Source of the DNA: Candidatus Latescibacterota bacterium
Lineage (GTDB): Bacteria > Latescibacterota > UBA2968
DNA: 64,000 nucleotides
Assembly: GCA_965207885.1 (NCBI GenBank)
Contig: OZ242311.1
Coordinates: 5,792,001 to 5,856,000, forward strand
Direction of reading: 5' to 3'
The position numbers and the translations under genes were made by a program. Shown here piece after piece: positions 1 through 8,101 of the stretch. Below the pieces are notes generated by a model. It was not told the origin of the DNA and made no database searches. It saw nothing but the letters and a program-made list of their open reading frames with translations. How positions within the stretch are numbered: the stretch's first letter is position 1; each line of letters opens with the position of its first letter.

Positions 1-837
1 CACCAGTTCGCGCACCTCGCGCCCATCCAGATCCCAAATCGCCACCTTTGTCGGAAAACGATACGAAGGCACCAGATACGAAAACGGTCGGTGATAAGTC
101 GATACCATCACATAGCGACCATCTGGCGACGGATCAGCGCGACAAATCAACCCGGGAGACCCCAGATGCTTCACATCCCCATTCAGGCGCACAAGTGCAA
201 CCTGAGAAGTGGCATAATATTCAAATAACAACTCATCGTGTGCATTCTTCAACAAATCTTGATACGTGCGCGATGGTGCTGCCCGCTCACCCACATTTTC
301 CTGAATCACCGGGCCTTTGGGCACGCGGGGCTCCGCGGGGGGCCCACCCCGACCATCACACACCGCGCGCACCAACAGCCCCGAACTATCCGGCAACCAG
401 ACCATAGCCCCACCAAACACCTGATTCAATTTCACATCGCCAACTGGACGCGCTCTGCCCGTCTTCGCATTGCCAACCCACAGATCAATCCCATTATCAC
501 CCGTCAACGAAAAAGCAAACCACTGTCCATCGGGCGCCCAATAAGCCCGTCCAATTCTCGCATCCTTCGGCAACCCCGTCACAGGTATCTCACGACCATC
601 GGCAATCCACTTGAGCGTCAGCCCATTGTAAAATCCCACGCGACTTTGCCCGTTCACATCCGGATCCAGACGCAAACCCGCCAGACGCAACTCGGACCGC
701 GACACCTCTTCAATAGACGGTGCGCCTGGACGGTGCATCATCAACAGCACTGTCCTCGTCGGATCAATACTAAACGAAGGCGTCAAAGGCGCATCAACAA
801 TCGCGGCGAGTTCTTCCGGCGGCATCTCGTAAGGCAT
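1..837 (-). CDS. S9-family (prolyl oligopeptidase / glutamyl endopeptidase-like) peptidase, N-terminal part; runs off the window edge
   Basis: Not in the ORF track; translated by hand from ATG at 837: MPYEMPPEELAAIVDAPLTPSFSIDP...RPGAPSIEEVSRSELRLAGLRLDP, the typical N-terminus of this S9 subfamily. AGGGG RBS upstream. Confidence 0.8.
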   Translation of the reverse strand, partial: MPYEMPPEELAAIVDAPLTPSFSIDPTRTVLLMMHRPGAPSIEEVSRSELRLAGLRLDPDVNGQSRVGFYNGLTLKWIADGREIPVTGLPKDARIGRAYWAPDGQWFAFSLTGDNGIDLWVGNAKTGRARPVGDVKLNQVFGGAMVWLPDSSGLLVRAVCDGRGGPPAEPRVPKGPVIQENVGERAAPSRTYQDLLKNAHDELLFEYYATSQVALVRLNGDVKHLGSPGLICRADPSPDGRYVMVSTYHRPFSYLVPSYRFPTKVAIWDLDGREVRELV

Positions 838-886
838 GATTTTTTATCCCCTTTAATTTGAATTGACCAAACCACATAGTAATGCT

Positions 887-1216
887 TTAGCCCTGGGAGT
901 GCGTCAAATTCACAGGTCTTATTTCTGCAAGTTCGTCTTTCAAAGATTGCTCTACACGCCACAAATCACAAGCTTGTTGCAGGCGCAACCAGAGTCCAGG
1001 ACCGTTGCCGACGAGTTTTCCTATTCTAAGTGCCATTTCTATTGTAATCGGATGCGTACAGGCCAGAACGCGATGCAACTGTTGACGCGAAACACCGAGT
1101 CGCCGAGCAGCTTCGCTAACCGATAACTCAAGCGATGGCAATACATCTTCGCGCAGAATCTCACCCGGATGAACAGGCGCGCGCTTCAACGGACGTTTGA
1201 CGGAATATTCGGCCAT
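887..1216 (-). CDS. higA: HigA family antitoxin (HTH-XRE)
   Basis: PVHPGEILREDVL...SEAARRLGVSRQQL...MALRIGKLVGNGPGLWLRLQ. Start reassigned to ATG 1216 (GAGG RBS). Confidence 0.93.
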   Translation of the reverse strand: MAEYSVKRPLKRAPVHPGEILREDVLPSLELSVSEAARRLGVSRQQLHRVLACTHPITIEMALRIGKLVGNGPGLWLRLQQACDLWRVEQSLKDELAEIRPVNLTHSQG

Positions 1217-1223
1217 TGTCACC

Positions 1224-1499
1224 TCAATGATATTGCTCAAGATTGACCCTGAATGCATCACCATCTTGCCATTCGAACGTAATACACCACGGGCCATTGA
1301 CATGAATACTATAACGTTTGGGTAATCCTTGCAGACCGTGAAAATTGAATCCCGGCATATTCAAGTCTGTCAATGATTCCGCTTGATCGAGAACTTCCAA
1401 ACGACGTAAGCAGCGCCTTTGCAAATCCCAACGCACTCGGCGGCTGTGACCGCGTTCGAAAAGCTCGATAAGACCTTTATGCTTAAAGCTTATGATCAT
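1224..1499 (-). CDS. higB: HigB family toxin (RelE-like mRNA interferase)
   Basis: MIISFKHKGL...FHGLQG...YSIHVNGPWCITFEW...VNLEQYH; toxin-first order ahead of higA. Confidence 0.93.
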   Translation of the reverse strand: MIISFKHKGLIELFERGHSRRVRWDLQRRCLRRLEVLDQAESLTDLNMPGFNFHGLQGLPKRYSIHVNGPWCITFEWQDGDAFRVNLEQYH

Positions 1500-1506
1500 T
1501 TATAAA

Positions 1507-1534
1507 AATGTAACATACTTTGTTACACTGTCAA
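1507..1534 (-). promoter_or_regulatory. higBA promoter with overlapping HigA operator
   Basis: TTGACA (1534-1529), 16 nt, TACATT (1512-1507). Perfect inverted repeat TGTAACA-N5-TGTTACA at 1509-1527. Confidence 0.8.
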
Positions 1535-1603
1535 CAATTATTAATACCTTTCGCGTCGGCTCGGGTGTTGACCAGATAAACTTGCGACACAAATTCTCAA
1601 CAC

Positions 1604-1636
1604 AAAAACGCCATCAGCTATTTTGCTGATGGCGTT
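1604..1636 (-). terminator. Rho-independent terminator of the 6421->1710 operon
   Basis: 12-bp stem AACGCCATCAGC/GCTGATGGCGTT followed by a T-run on the minus strand. Confidence 0.75.
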
Positions 1637-1709
1637 CGTGCGTACCTCCTCATCGTAATATCTCAAAGGCAACGATTGAAACGCAAGGGCAAAATTTATG
1701 CTATAGCCC

Positions 1710-2252
1710 CTATCTTAGACGCACGAGTTGAAGAGAATAATTAGTTGAGATGATTTGTCCTCTGGTATTGGCTTTCAGAGAATCCAAAAGAGATGCGAAT
1801 TCCTCTGCACTCATTGCCATTACGACTGGTGTGACACCTGTTGTATCGGGTAAATTTAGTATCGTCCGAACATAGGTCTCAGGCACATCGCGAAATGAGA
1901 GAATACTATCCGTTACTGTCGCCGAGTAAAGGTAATAGCGGTCTTCAGGATACTCTCTCCTAAATCCCCAACCGAATGTGCCCCTTATACCAATGTACCG
2001 ATCATTGAGGAAATATTTGCCAGAGAAATTCTCATAAAATCCTATGGGTGGAGAATGGATATAACCACAAGAACTATCAGCACGAGTGCCAAAAAAATAA
2101 AAGAAATTAGAATTTACCCAGTTACCTACGAGATTTTCATAACTTAGTTCTTTAGACTGAAGTTCTGGCTCCTTTATTGGTTCTGGCCCCGTGCTCTTAT
2201 CGTCACAACTCAGGAGGCAAAACGCAAGCAGAATACACCAAAAGCACCTCAT
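1710..2252 (-). CDS. Hypothetical lipoprotein, paralog of 5018..5644
   Basis: Lipobox LLSC; high identity to 5018..5644 (GTRADSS, ILNLPDTTGVTPVVMAM). Confidence 0.8.
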   Translation of the reverse strand: MRCFWCILLAFCLLSCDDKSTGPEPIKEPELQSKELSYENLVGNWVNSNFFYFFGTRADSSCGYIHSPPIGFYENFSGKYFLNDRYIGIRGTFGWGFRREYPEDRYYLYSATVTDSILSFRDVPETYVRTILNLPDTTGVTPVVMAMSAEEFASLLDSLKANTRGQIISTNYSLQLVRLR

Positions 2253-2267
2253 CGCAACCTCCGCTAT

Positions 2268-2392
2268 TTAGCGGCTTGTCACATCGGTTTTCAATCCATT
2301 GACCAAACCGCGAAAGTCGCTCACCAGCCAATCGTCACCTACACGAAGCATTTGCAGGGTGAGTGAGCCTGGTGAGCGACTTTTGTAAGGAC
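2268..2392 (-). pseudogene. 3' fragment of a duplicate of the 5660..6421 gene
   Basis: Encodes PYKSRSPGSLTLQMLRVGDDWLVSDFRGLVNGLKTDVTSR*, near-identical to 5660..5784; no 5' part present. Confidence 0.8.
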
Positions 2393-2410
2393 CTTCCAAT
2401 CGCTGCAGAT

Positions 2411-4969
2411 TTACTTCAAGATCAACATCTTGCGCGTGTCCAAAAATTCACCTGCGGTGATCTGGTAAAAATAAATCCCACTGGACACCGAACGCCCGAA
2501 GTCGTCCTTACTGTTCCACACCACGCGATAGCGACCTGCGGGTTTGAACGCATTGACAAGCGTGCGAATCTCCTGACCCAACACATTGTAGATTACCAGC
2601 TTGACCTGTTCACTTTGAGGCAGGGAATAGGAGATAATGGTTTCTGGATTGAAGGGATTTGGCGCGTTCTGAGATAACGAAAATACCAGAGGCGCCTCTT
2701 CAGTTTTCAAGACAGCGGGTTTTGTGCTACTCGTGCCATCACCACTGGACACAGACGTATATTCCGTAGTCCCACCATATCTGCCCATGTTGATTGTTGA
2801 ATTATCAGCCTCTGTCATGCTTGGATCACCCGCATCAATTAAAGGTGAACTTGCCTGCAGGTGATAATCGTTCTCTTCGGATGTATCGGATGCATGCGCG
2901 ACAAATTTTGGATCAACAGAAACATTGCCCGTACTTCCAACGGTCGGCATGGCGGTATATACACCCTGAAAATCAGCACCTGTTGGCGGTGCTCCAAATA
3001 CATCGCTATATCGCAGTGTTAAGGCTGGAGAACTAAAGTTTGTACCCGCTGTATAAATACCGTTCTCGTTAAAAGCGACAATGGTGTTTTTAAGCTGCAT
3101 GGAGGGACTATCTCCATCCTCGACAAACTCCACTCCTTGGTAATTGTCTGCAATCGTGGCATTGGTCAGTTGTACATGACCTGTTCCATAAAGTCCTGCA
3201 ACTATACCCTTCAGGCTTTGATACAGACCAATATTTGTCAGTTCTAACTGGGTTGAGCTGGCTCCTGCGTGCACTTTCATCCCAAAGTGGTTTGCAGACA
3301 AATCTGTTTCAGAAATGGTTGTCTTACCTTGATAAGAAGTCACTTCGACACCGACTTCGGCATCGCTAATAACACAATGTTGGAGGGTCAAGGTGCCGCC
3401 CTCGTTGCGAATGCCACCCCAATCGTCTTTGCCGGGCGAATCATAGGAATCTATATTGAGTGAAGATTGCAAAGTAATTGGAGAATTCAGAGTGCCATTA
3501 GCAGTTAAAGTGCCACCTTGTTTGATAACGATTTCAATTTTTTGAGCATCCCAACCGGTTTCATAAGCATCTGTATTGGGGCGCAAAAAAATACGTGTAC
3601 CAGGCTGAATGGTCAGCGTAACACCGCTAATGACCTCCACATCACCCACAAGAACAATCTCATTGCTCCATGTCGTATTGCTTGTAATCTGCCGCCCTGG
3701 CACATCATACCCGGTCGCCTTGAGATAGTTAGCGACCATCTCTGCTTCCCACTGATTTACAGACCGGCTCCAATCCCAGTTTGTAGCTCCATCTTCCCAG
3801 AAACGGGCGGGATAGTCATAACCGTCAGCGTATGGAATATCGCGAAACGGCTTGACAAAGTTATTTACTGATGGTGGTGGGTTCGTATAATTCCCAGAAC
3901 TTGGGGGATCAGGCGTACCAATATGTTGGCGCTGTTCGTCGTCAAGATAGTGTAACTGATACCATAAAGTCGGACTACTAACGTTATTATTTGCAAGATA
4001 CACGCTATCTTCGACTATGCGAATAAATGTCTTAAAATTCTCCCAATTATTCTGATACGTCTTTCTGGTGTCTATCCATTCCAGATCTCCAGATAGAATA
4101 TTAGCAGTCGATAATGAAGGCGCAATAAGCATATTATTCAATAATGGTGCTGTATCTCTAATATCCTCCATTGCCGTTCCAAGAGTACCATCAAAATGAC
4201 TTGGATGAGCGGACATCAGCACACCAAGACAGGCGAAATCAGGTGCGTTTGGTCCGGTCGAAATTGCCTCCCAATCAATGCCATGCCTCCTGTATTCATG
4301 ATTTAGATCATCACCTCTCACTTCATGCGCACTGCCGAATACCCATAGCTTGGCATTGGGATAAAACTCAGTCAAGATACTTTTGTATTTGTGGATGATC
4401 TTTGCATGCAGGCCACTGACTGCTTTAGGTGTCCATTTCCCGGTTGAAAGTGTATCAGATGCCAAGATTATGCCTCGACTGATTGCCGAATCTACCGTAG
4501 TTTTGTAAGGCCATTCGTTATTGTAAAAGACATGGGCAATTGCATCAGAGGCGAGTGCAGGAGTCTTGGGCTCATCATTGTCACTCCAACTATCAAGACT
4601 ATCTCTAAAAGTTCTGATAGGATTCTTTTTGGTGCTATCAGGGTGGCTATAAGCCAAAATATTGCCCGGCCAATCTCCAGGGTTTAGTGACATGTGATCG
4701 TTGGCCAGACCAATCATGAGTTTCTTATTTGCGATCCGAGTAATGGAATCAATGCGTGCTCTGTTTAAGACATTACTGGATAGTCTGATTATGTCAAATC
4801 CCTCTAATTGACTAATCGTGTTATTTTGGAGCCAGATTGCGCCGTTGTAAAAGGCGCGATCCCCTCCCAAACACACAGCAGGATACATCAGCATGAAACA
4901 AAAAATAAGCTTTGCCATACTCAAAATCTGAGTTTGAAACTTGATTTTTAATCCAGAAGTAATTTTCAT
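2411..4969 (-). CDS. Secreted protein with beta-helix region and C-terminal FlgD-Ig/T9SS type-A sorting domain
   Basis: Signal peptide; pectin-lyase-like repeats (WGGIR, NATIADN, NTIVAFN, YHLQASSPLIDAG); CTD FSLSQNAPNPFNPET...SGIYFYQI...RKMLILK. Confidence 0.85.
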   Translation of the reverse strand: MKITSGLKIKFQTQILSMAKLIFCFMLMYPAVCLGGDRAFYNGAIWLQNNTISQLEGFDIIRLSSNVLNRARIDSITRIANKKLMIGLANDHMSLNPGDWPGNILAYSHPDSTKKNPIRTFRDSLDSWSDNDEPKTPALASDAIAHVFYNNEWPYKTTVDSAISRGIILASDTLSTGKWTPKAVSGLHAKIIHKYKSILTEFYPNAKLWVFGSAHEVRGDDLNHEYRRHGIDWEAISTGPNAPDFACLGVLMSAHPSHFDGTLGTAMEDIRDTAPLLNNMLIAPSLSTANILSGDLEWIDTRKTYQNNWENFKTFIRIVEDSVYLANNNVSSPTLWYQLHYLDDEQRQHIGTPDPPSSGNYTNPPPSVNNFVKPFRDIPYADGYDYPARFWEDGATNWDWSRSVNQWEAEMVANYLKATGYDVPGRQITSNTTWSNEIVLVGDVEVISGVTLTIQPGTRIFLRPNTDAYETGWDAQKIEIVIKQGGTLTANGTLNSPITLQSSLNIDSYDSPGKDDWGGIRNEGGTLTLQHCVISDAEVGVEVTSYQGKTTISETDLSANHFGMKVHAGASSTQLELTNIGLYQSLKGIVAGLYGTGHVQLTNATIADNYQGVEFVEDGDSPSMQLKNTIVAFNENGIYTAGTNFSSPALTLRYSDVFGAPPTGADFQGVYTAMPTVGSTGNVSVDPKFVAHASDTSEENDYHLQASSPLIDAGDPSMTEADNSTINMGRYGGTTEYTSVSSGDGTSSTKPAVLKTEEAPLVFSLSQNAPNPFNPETIISYSLPQSEQVKLVIYNVLGQEIRTLVNAFKPAGRYRVVWNSKDDFGRSVSSGIYFYQITAGEFLDTRKMLILK

Positions 4970-5017
4970 TGTTTTCCTTTCAGGTATTATACTGGTAAAA
5001 AAAGAGCAGAATCAATG

Positions 5018-5644
5018 CTATTGCCTGAATTTTATGAGTTGAAAAGGGTTATCCGCTTGGATGATTTTTCCTCTGGTATTGGCTTTCAGAGAATCCAAAA
5101 AAGATGCGAATTCCTGTGCATTCATTGCCATTACAACTGGTGTGACACCTGTTGTATCGGGTAAATTCAGTATCGCCCGAAGATAGGCCTCGGGCACACT
5201 GCGAAGTGTGAGGACATCGACAGGATGAGGCACACCACCACTCACGCGAATACTATCAGTGAGTCTCGCCAGGTATAAATAATACCGATCCTCGGGATTC
5301 TCTCTCAGACGTCCGATACTGAATGTGCCTCTTATACCAATGTACGGATCATTGAGGAAATATTTTCCATGGAATTGCTCATAAAATCTAAAGAATACAT
5401 AATTCGACTCAGTATAAAAAAAAGAACTATCTGCACGGGTGCCCAGGGAATATGACAGGTTTGAATATCCTGTCCAAAAACCAGCGAGGTTCTCATAACT
5501 CAGTTCTTTATACTGGGTTTCTGGTTCTGGTCCTGGTTCTGGTCCTGGTTCTGGTCCTGGTTCTGGTCCTGGTTCTGGTCCTGTACTATTACCACCACAA
5601 CTCAGGAGGCAAAACGCAAGCAGAATACACCAAAAGCACCTCAT
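5018..5644 (-). CDS. Hypothetical lipoprotein with (GPEP)n linker
   Basis: Lipobox LLSC followed by Pro-rich repeats; paralog of 1710..2252. Confidence 0.8.
   Translation of the reverse strand: MRCFWCILLAFCLLSCGGNSTGPEPGPEPGPEPGPEPGPEPETQYKELSYENLAGFWTGYSNLSYSLGTRADSSFFYTESNYVFFRFYEQFHGKYFLNDPYIGIRGTFSIGRLRENPEDRYYLYLARLTDSIRVSGGVPHPVDVLTLRSVPEAYLRAILNLPDTTGVTPVVMAMNAQEFASFLDSLKANTRGKIIQADNPFQLIKFRQ
5521..5580. repeat. In-frame tandem repeat (CTGGTTCTGGTC)x5
   Basis: Five exact 12-nt units encoding GPEP repeats. Confidence 0.95.
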
Positions 5645-5659
5645 GCCAACCTCCGCTAT

Positions 5660-6421
5660 TTAGCGGCTTGTCACATCGGTTTTCAATCCATTGACCAAAC
5701 CGCGAAAGTCGCTCACCAGCCAATCGTCGCCAACTCGCAACATTCGCAGTGTGAGTGAGCCGGGTGAGCGATTTTTATAAGGACGACTCAACCGCGTGGC
5801 ATGACCTACGATGTCATACTTCCATTGTGCTGTGACCGTAGCTGATTGACCGTGATACTGTATGCTTACCAACTCAATCACGATACGCACATCTCGCGGC
5901 AAGCCATCAAACATGCTCAGAAAGGTCTTGCGAATCTCTCGACGCTCTGCCTCAGTATAATCTTGCTCGGCGGTGGTGGTCACTGTGTGACCTTCGCTGA
6001 AGAATATAGAGCGACGATCAATGCGCTGGGTGATGGTCCTGATAGAATCTGATTCGTTTACCACAACAGAAGAGGTATCTTCTGAAGTTATCCCACCGGG
6101 AATATTCCCTGGACTTGGAGGCGTTGCTGTACTGTCAGTGGTTGAACCCACTGGTCCGGGCACTGTGCGGTAGCGATCTTCGTCAATTGGTCCCGTCAAT
6201 GCCCCCAACTCAAAATTTCTGAATTGTTTGACAAATATTGTTGCAGTATGCCAGATGAGTCCCTCGTCGTAAATCTGTTCAGCCGATTTATCGCTGTTGG
6301 GAAATAACTCTGCGATTCGTGCAATTGCCTCTGCGCGAGAAGATTGTTGTGCATCGGCGGCATTACTCAGCACAATGAATCCCAGAATGGGTATCGTCCA
6401 TTGTTTCAAAAATCGTTTCAT
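5660..6421 (-). CDS. Hypothetical secreted protein (possibly NTF2-like C-terminus)
   Basis: Signal peptide ending ADA; AGGAG RBS; C-terminus ATVTAQW...LRMLRVGDDWLV. Confidence 0.75.
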   Translation of the reverse strand: MKRFLKQWTIPILGFIVLSNAADAQQSSRAEAIARIAELFPNSDKSAEQIYDEGLIWHTATIFVKQFRNFELGALTGPIDEDRYRTVPGPVGSTTDSTATPPSPGNIPGGITSEDTSSVVVNESDSIRTITQRIDRRSIFFSEGHTVTTTAEQDYTEAERREIRKTFLSMFDGLPRDVRIVIELVSIQYHGQSATVTAQWKYDIVGHATRLSRPYKNRSPGSLTLRMLRVGDDWLVSDFRGLVNGLKTDVTSR

Positions 6422-6627
6422 CTATAATCTCCTTGTTTGGGTTGTCCGTGTCAAAAAGTATTTATCCTATCTCCGCAAAGTATAGACAGGCCAGCCATAT
6501 CTATCATTCACCGCTCAAAGTCAGCTTGTGTCACGTTTCCGTTGTCATGTTATCCTCCTTTCCTGTAAAAAACGAATGTCTCCCCCTTTTTTATCTCGCA
6601 AGATGCGTGCGTAAAATCGTTTTATAG

Positions 6628-6643
6628 TGCAAAATGCGTGCCA
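6628..6643 (-). promoter_or_regulatory. Sigma54 (-24/-12) promoter
   Basis: Minus strand reads TGGCACGCATTTTGCA, a perfect match to TGGCACG-N4-TTGCA. Confidence 0.8.
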
Positions 6644-6750
6644 GAAAACGTTTTCAAATAAAAAAAAACACTTGAAGACACTCAAGTGCTTGAAAAACAA
6701 AGAGATAAAATTTAAGAATTATTTGTGCTATGCCTGCGAGTTTCAGGCGC

Positions 6751-6874
6751 AAGTGCATCCGCCAGGATGCACTTATAACCGCTTATTTAAGTGAAATACA
6801 AATAAATATTTGATTTATATGAAGATAAGAAAAGTGCATCCGCTGGGATGCACTGCATACAACAGGATGCACCT
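6751..6874. promoter_or_regulatory. Repeated palindromes AGTGCATCC-N4-GGATGCACT (candidate enhancer sites)
   Basis: Full copies at about 6751-6774 and 6832-6854, plus a half site GGATGCAC at about 6865; 110-230 bp upstream of the sigma54 motif. Confidence 0.6.
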
Positions 6875-6943
6875 GTTCAATGTATATCCCGGTGTACAGG
6901 TCTTGCCAATGCCGATTTTTCGCTGTCTTCTATTCCCCTTTCC

Positions 6944-8071
6944 CTAAAACCACCTCTTGTAATAAAACGGACTACTCTCGTCTTCATTCAACTGCTTTAC
7001 CACCTCATAAAACCACATATCCAGTGGCATCTCGTGTGCATCCAATCGCGGAAAAGGATTAAAATCATCGGACGCCAGCGTCTTGCCAATCGTATCCAGC
7101 ATCCCCAAACCCAACTCCGGCACATCCACGCGCCGGATACCCGCTCTCTCCATCAATTTATCGTACACATAAGACATCGTCGTACCGCCCGGAATAAACG
7201 GCAAAGCGCGCGTCCGCATCACCGGAAAAAACACATCTATCACCTTCCGGTCTGTACCATAAGCCGCAGAAGTTGCCGCATGAAGCGCGTCCTTAGGCAA
7301 ATACAAACTCGTCGAATACGCGCCATTGCGACCGTATTCCACCGCATCTGGATCGCGGCTCGGCTTGTCCAAACTGCCGCGCCAATCGCAAAAAGCCGTC
7401 ACAGCCACGGAAATTCCCGAATCCATCAGCGCATCTGTAAACTGCACAGCCATATCACCCATCAAAAATTTGGTCGCCTCAACAGCACGCTCACTCAAAG
7501 GCGTCAACTGCCACTGGAACAAACCCTCTGCATCGACATCCTTCACAAATGTCGGAGGATAGCCCGGCAACATCCCCGAACTCGCTGCTGCCATAGAATT
7601 GATATAAACCACATCCTCCGCATCGGCTGCTTTGAGCGCATCTACAATTTTATCCAACGCCTTTCCCTCCAATGCGTACCCATCATTAATCCAGTGAAAA
7701 CGGTCGCCCAAATTAGTTGCGCGCCTCTGCATCTCCTCACCCGTCGCATATCCCAGCGACCTCGACAAATCGCGTGCCACCACCGTCAGACTTCCACTTT
7801 CGGCGACCAGATCGAGCAAAGCCACTGCCACCGAACAGCCAATGCCCAGCCCCGTCCCCCCAACAATCACAAAATGTCGTCCCTTTACCCAATCGAGCGC
7901 GTACCGATCCACAGCAACGCGCTGTGCCGACCCTCGCTGATCCAGCAATTTCACAGCCTCTGCCGGAAACGCCTCAACCTCTTCCCTGCTCGGCCGCGAA
8001 AGTGCCGGCGCGCCTTCCACGACACGCACACCCGGCATCGGATTGGCAAATGGACTTGGAAAATCACTCAT
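6944..8071 (-). CDS. Divergent FabV/trans-2-enoyl reductase-like Rossmann oxidoreductase
   Basis: VIVGGTGLGIG nucleotide-binding loop; VYINSMAA, EATKFLMG, Y-x7-K and TRALPFIP segments line up with FabV motifs. Confidence 0.5.
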   Translation of the reverse strand: MSDFPSPFANPMPGVRVVEGAPALSRPSREEVEAFPAEAVKLLDQRGSAQRVAVDRYALDWVKGRHFVIVGGTGLGIGCSVAVALLDLVAESGSLTVVARDLSRSLGYATGEEMQRRATNLGDRFHWINDGYALEGKALDKIVDALKAADAEDVVYINSMAAASSGMLPGYPPTFVKDVDAEGLFQWQLTPLSERAVEATKFLMGDMAVQFTDALMDSGISVAVTAFCDWRGSLDKPSRDPDAVEYGRNGAYSTSLYLPKDALHAATSAAYGTDRKVIDVFFPVMRTRALPFIPGGTTMSYVYDKLMERAGIRRVDVPELGLGMLDTIGKTLASDDFNPFPRLDAHEMPLDMWFYEVVKQLNEDESSPFYYKRWF

Positions 8072-8101
8072 ATTATTTCTCCTGGTAAAATTATTATCCT
8101 C

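Noticed and set aside
238-861. Plus-strand ORFs 48..407 and 238..861
   Set aside because: Shadow ORFs antisense to the S9 peptidase.
6504-6548. Selenocysteine read-through of the TGA in the MTTET micro-ORF
   Set aside because: No SECIS-like hairpin recognised and another TGA follows 9 codons later.
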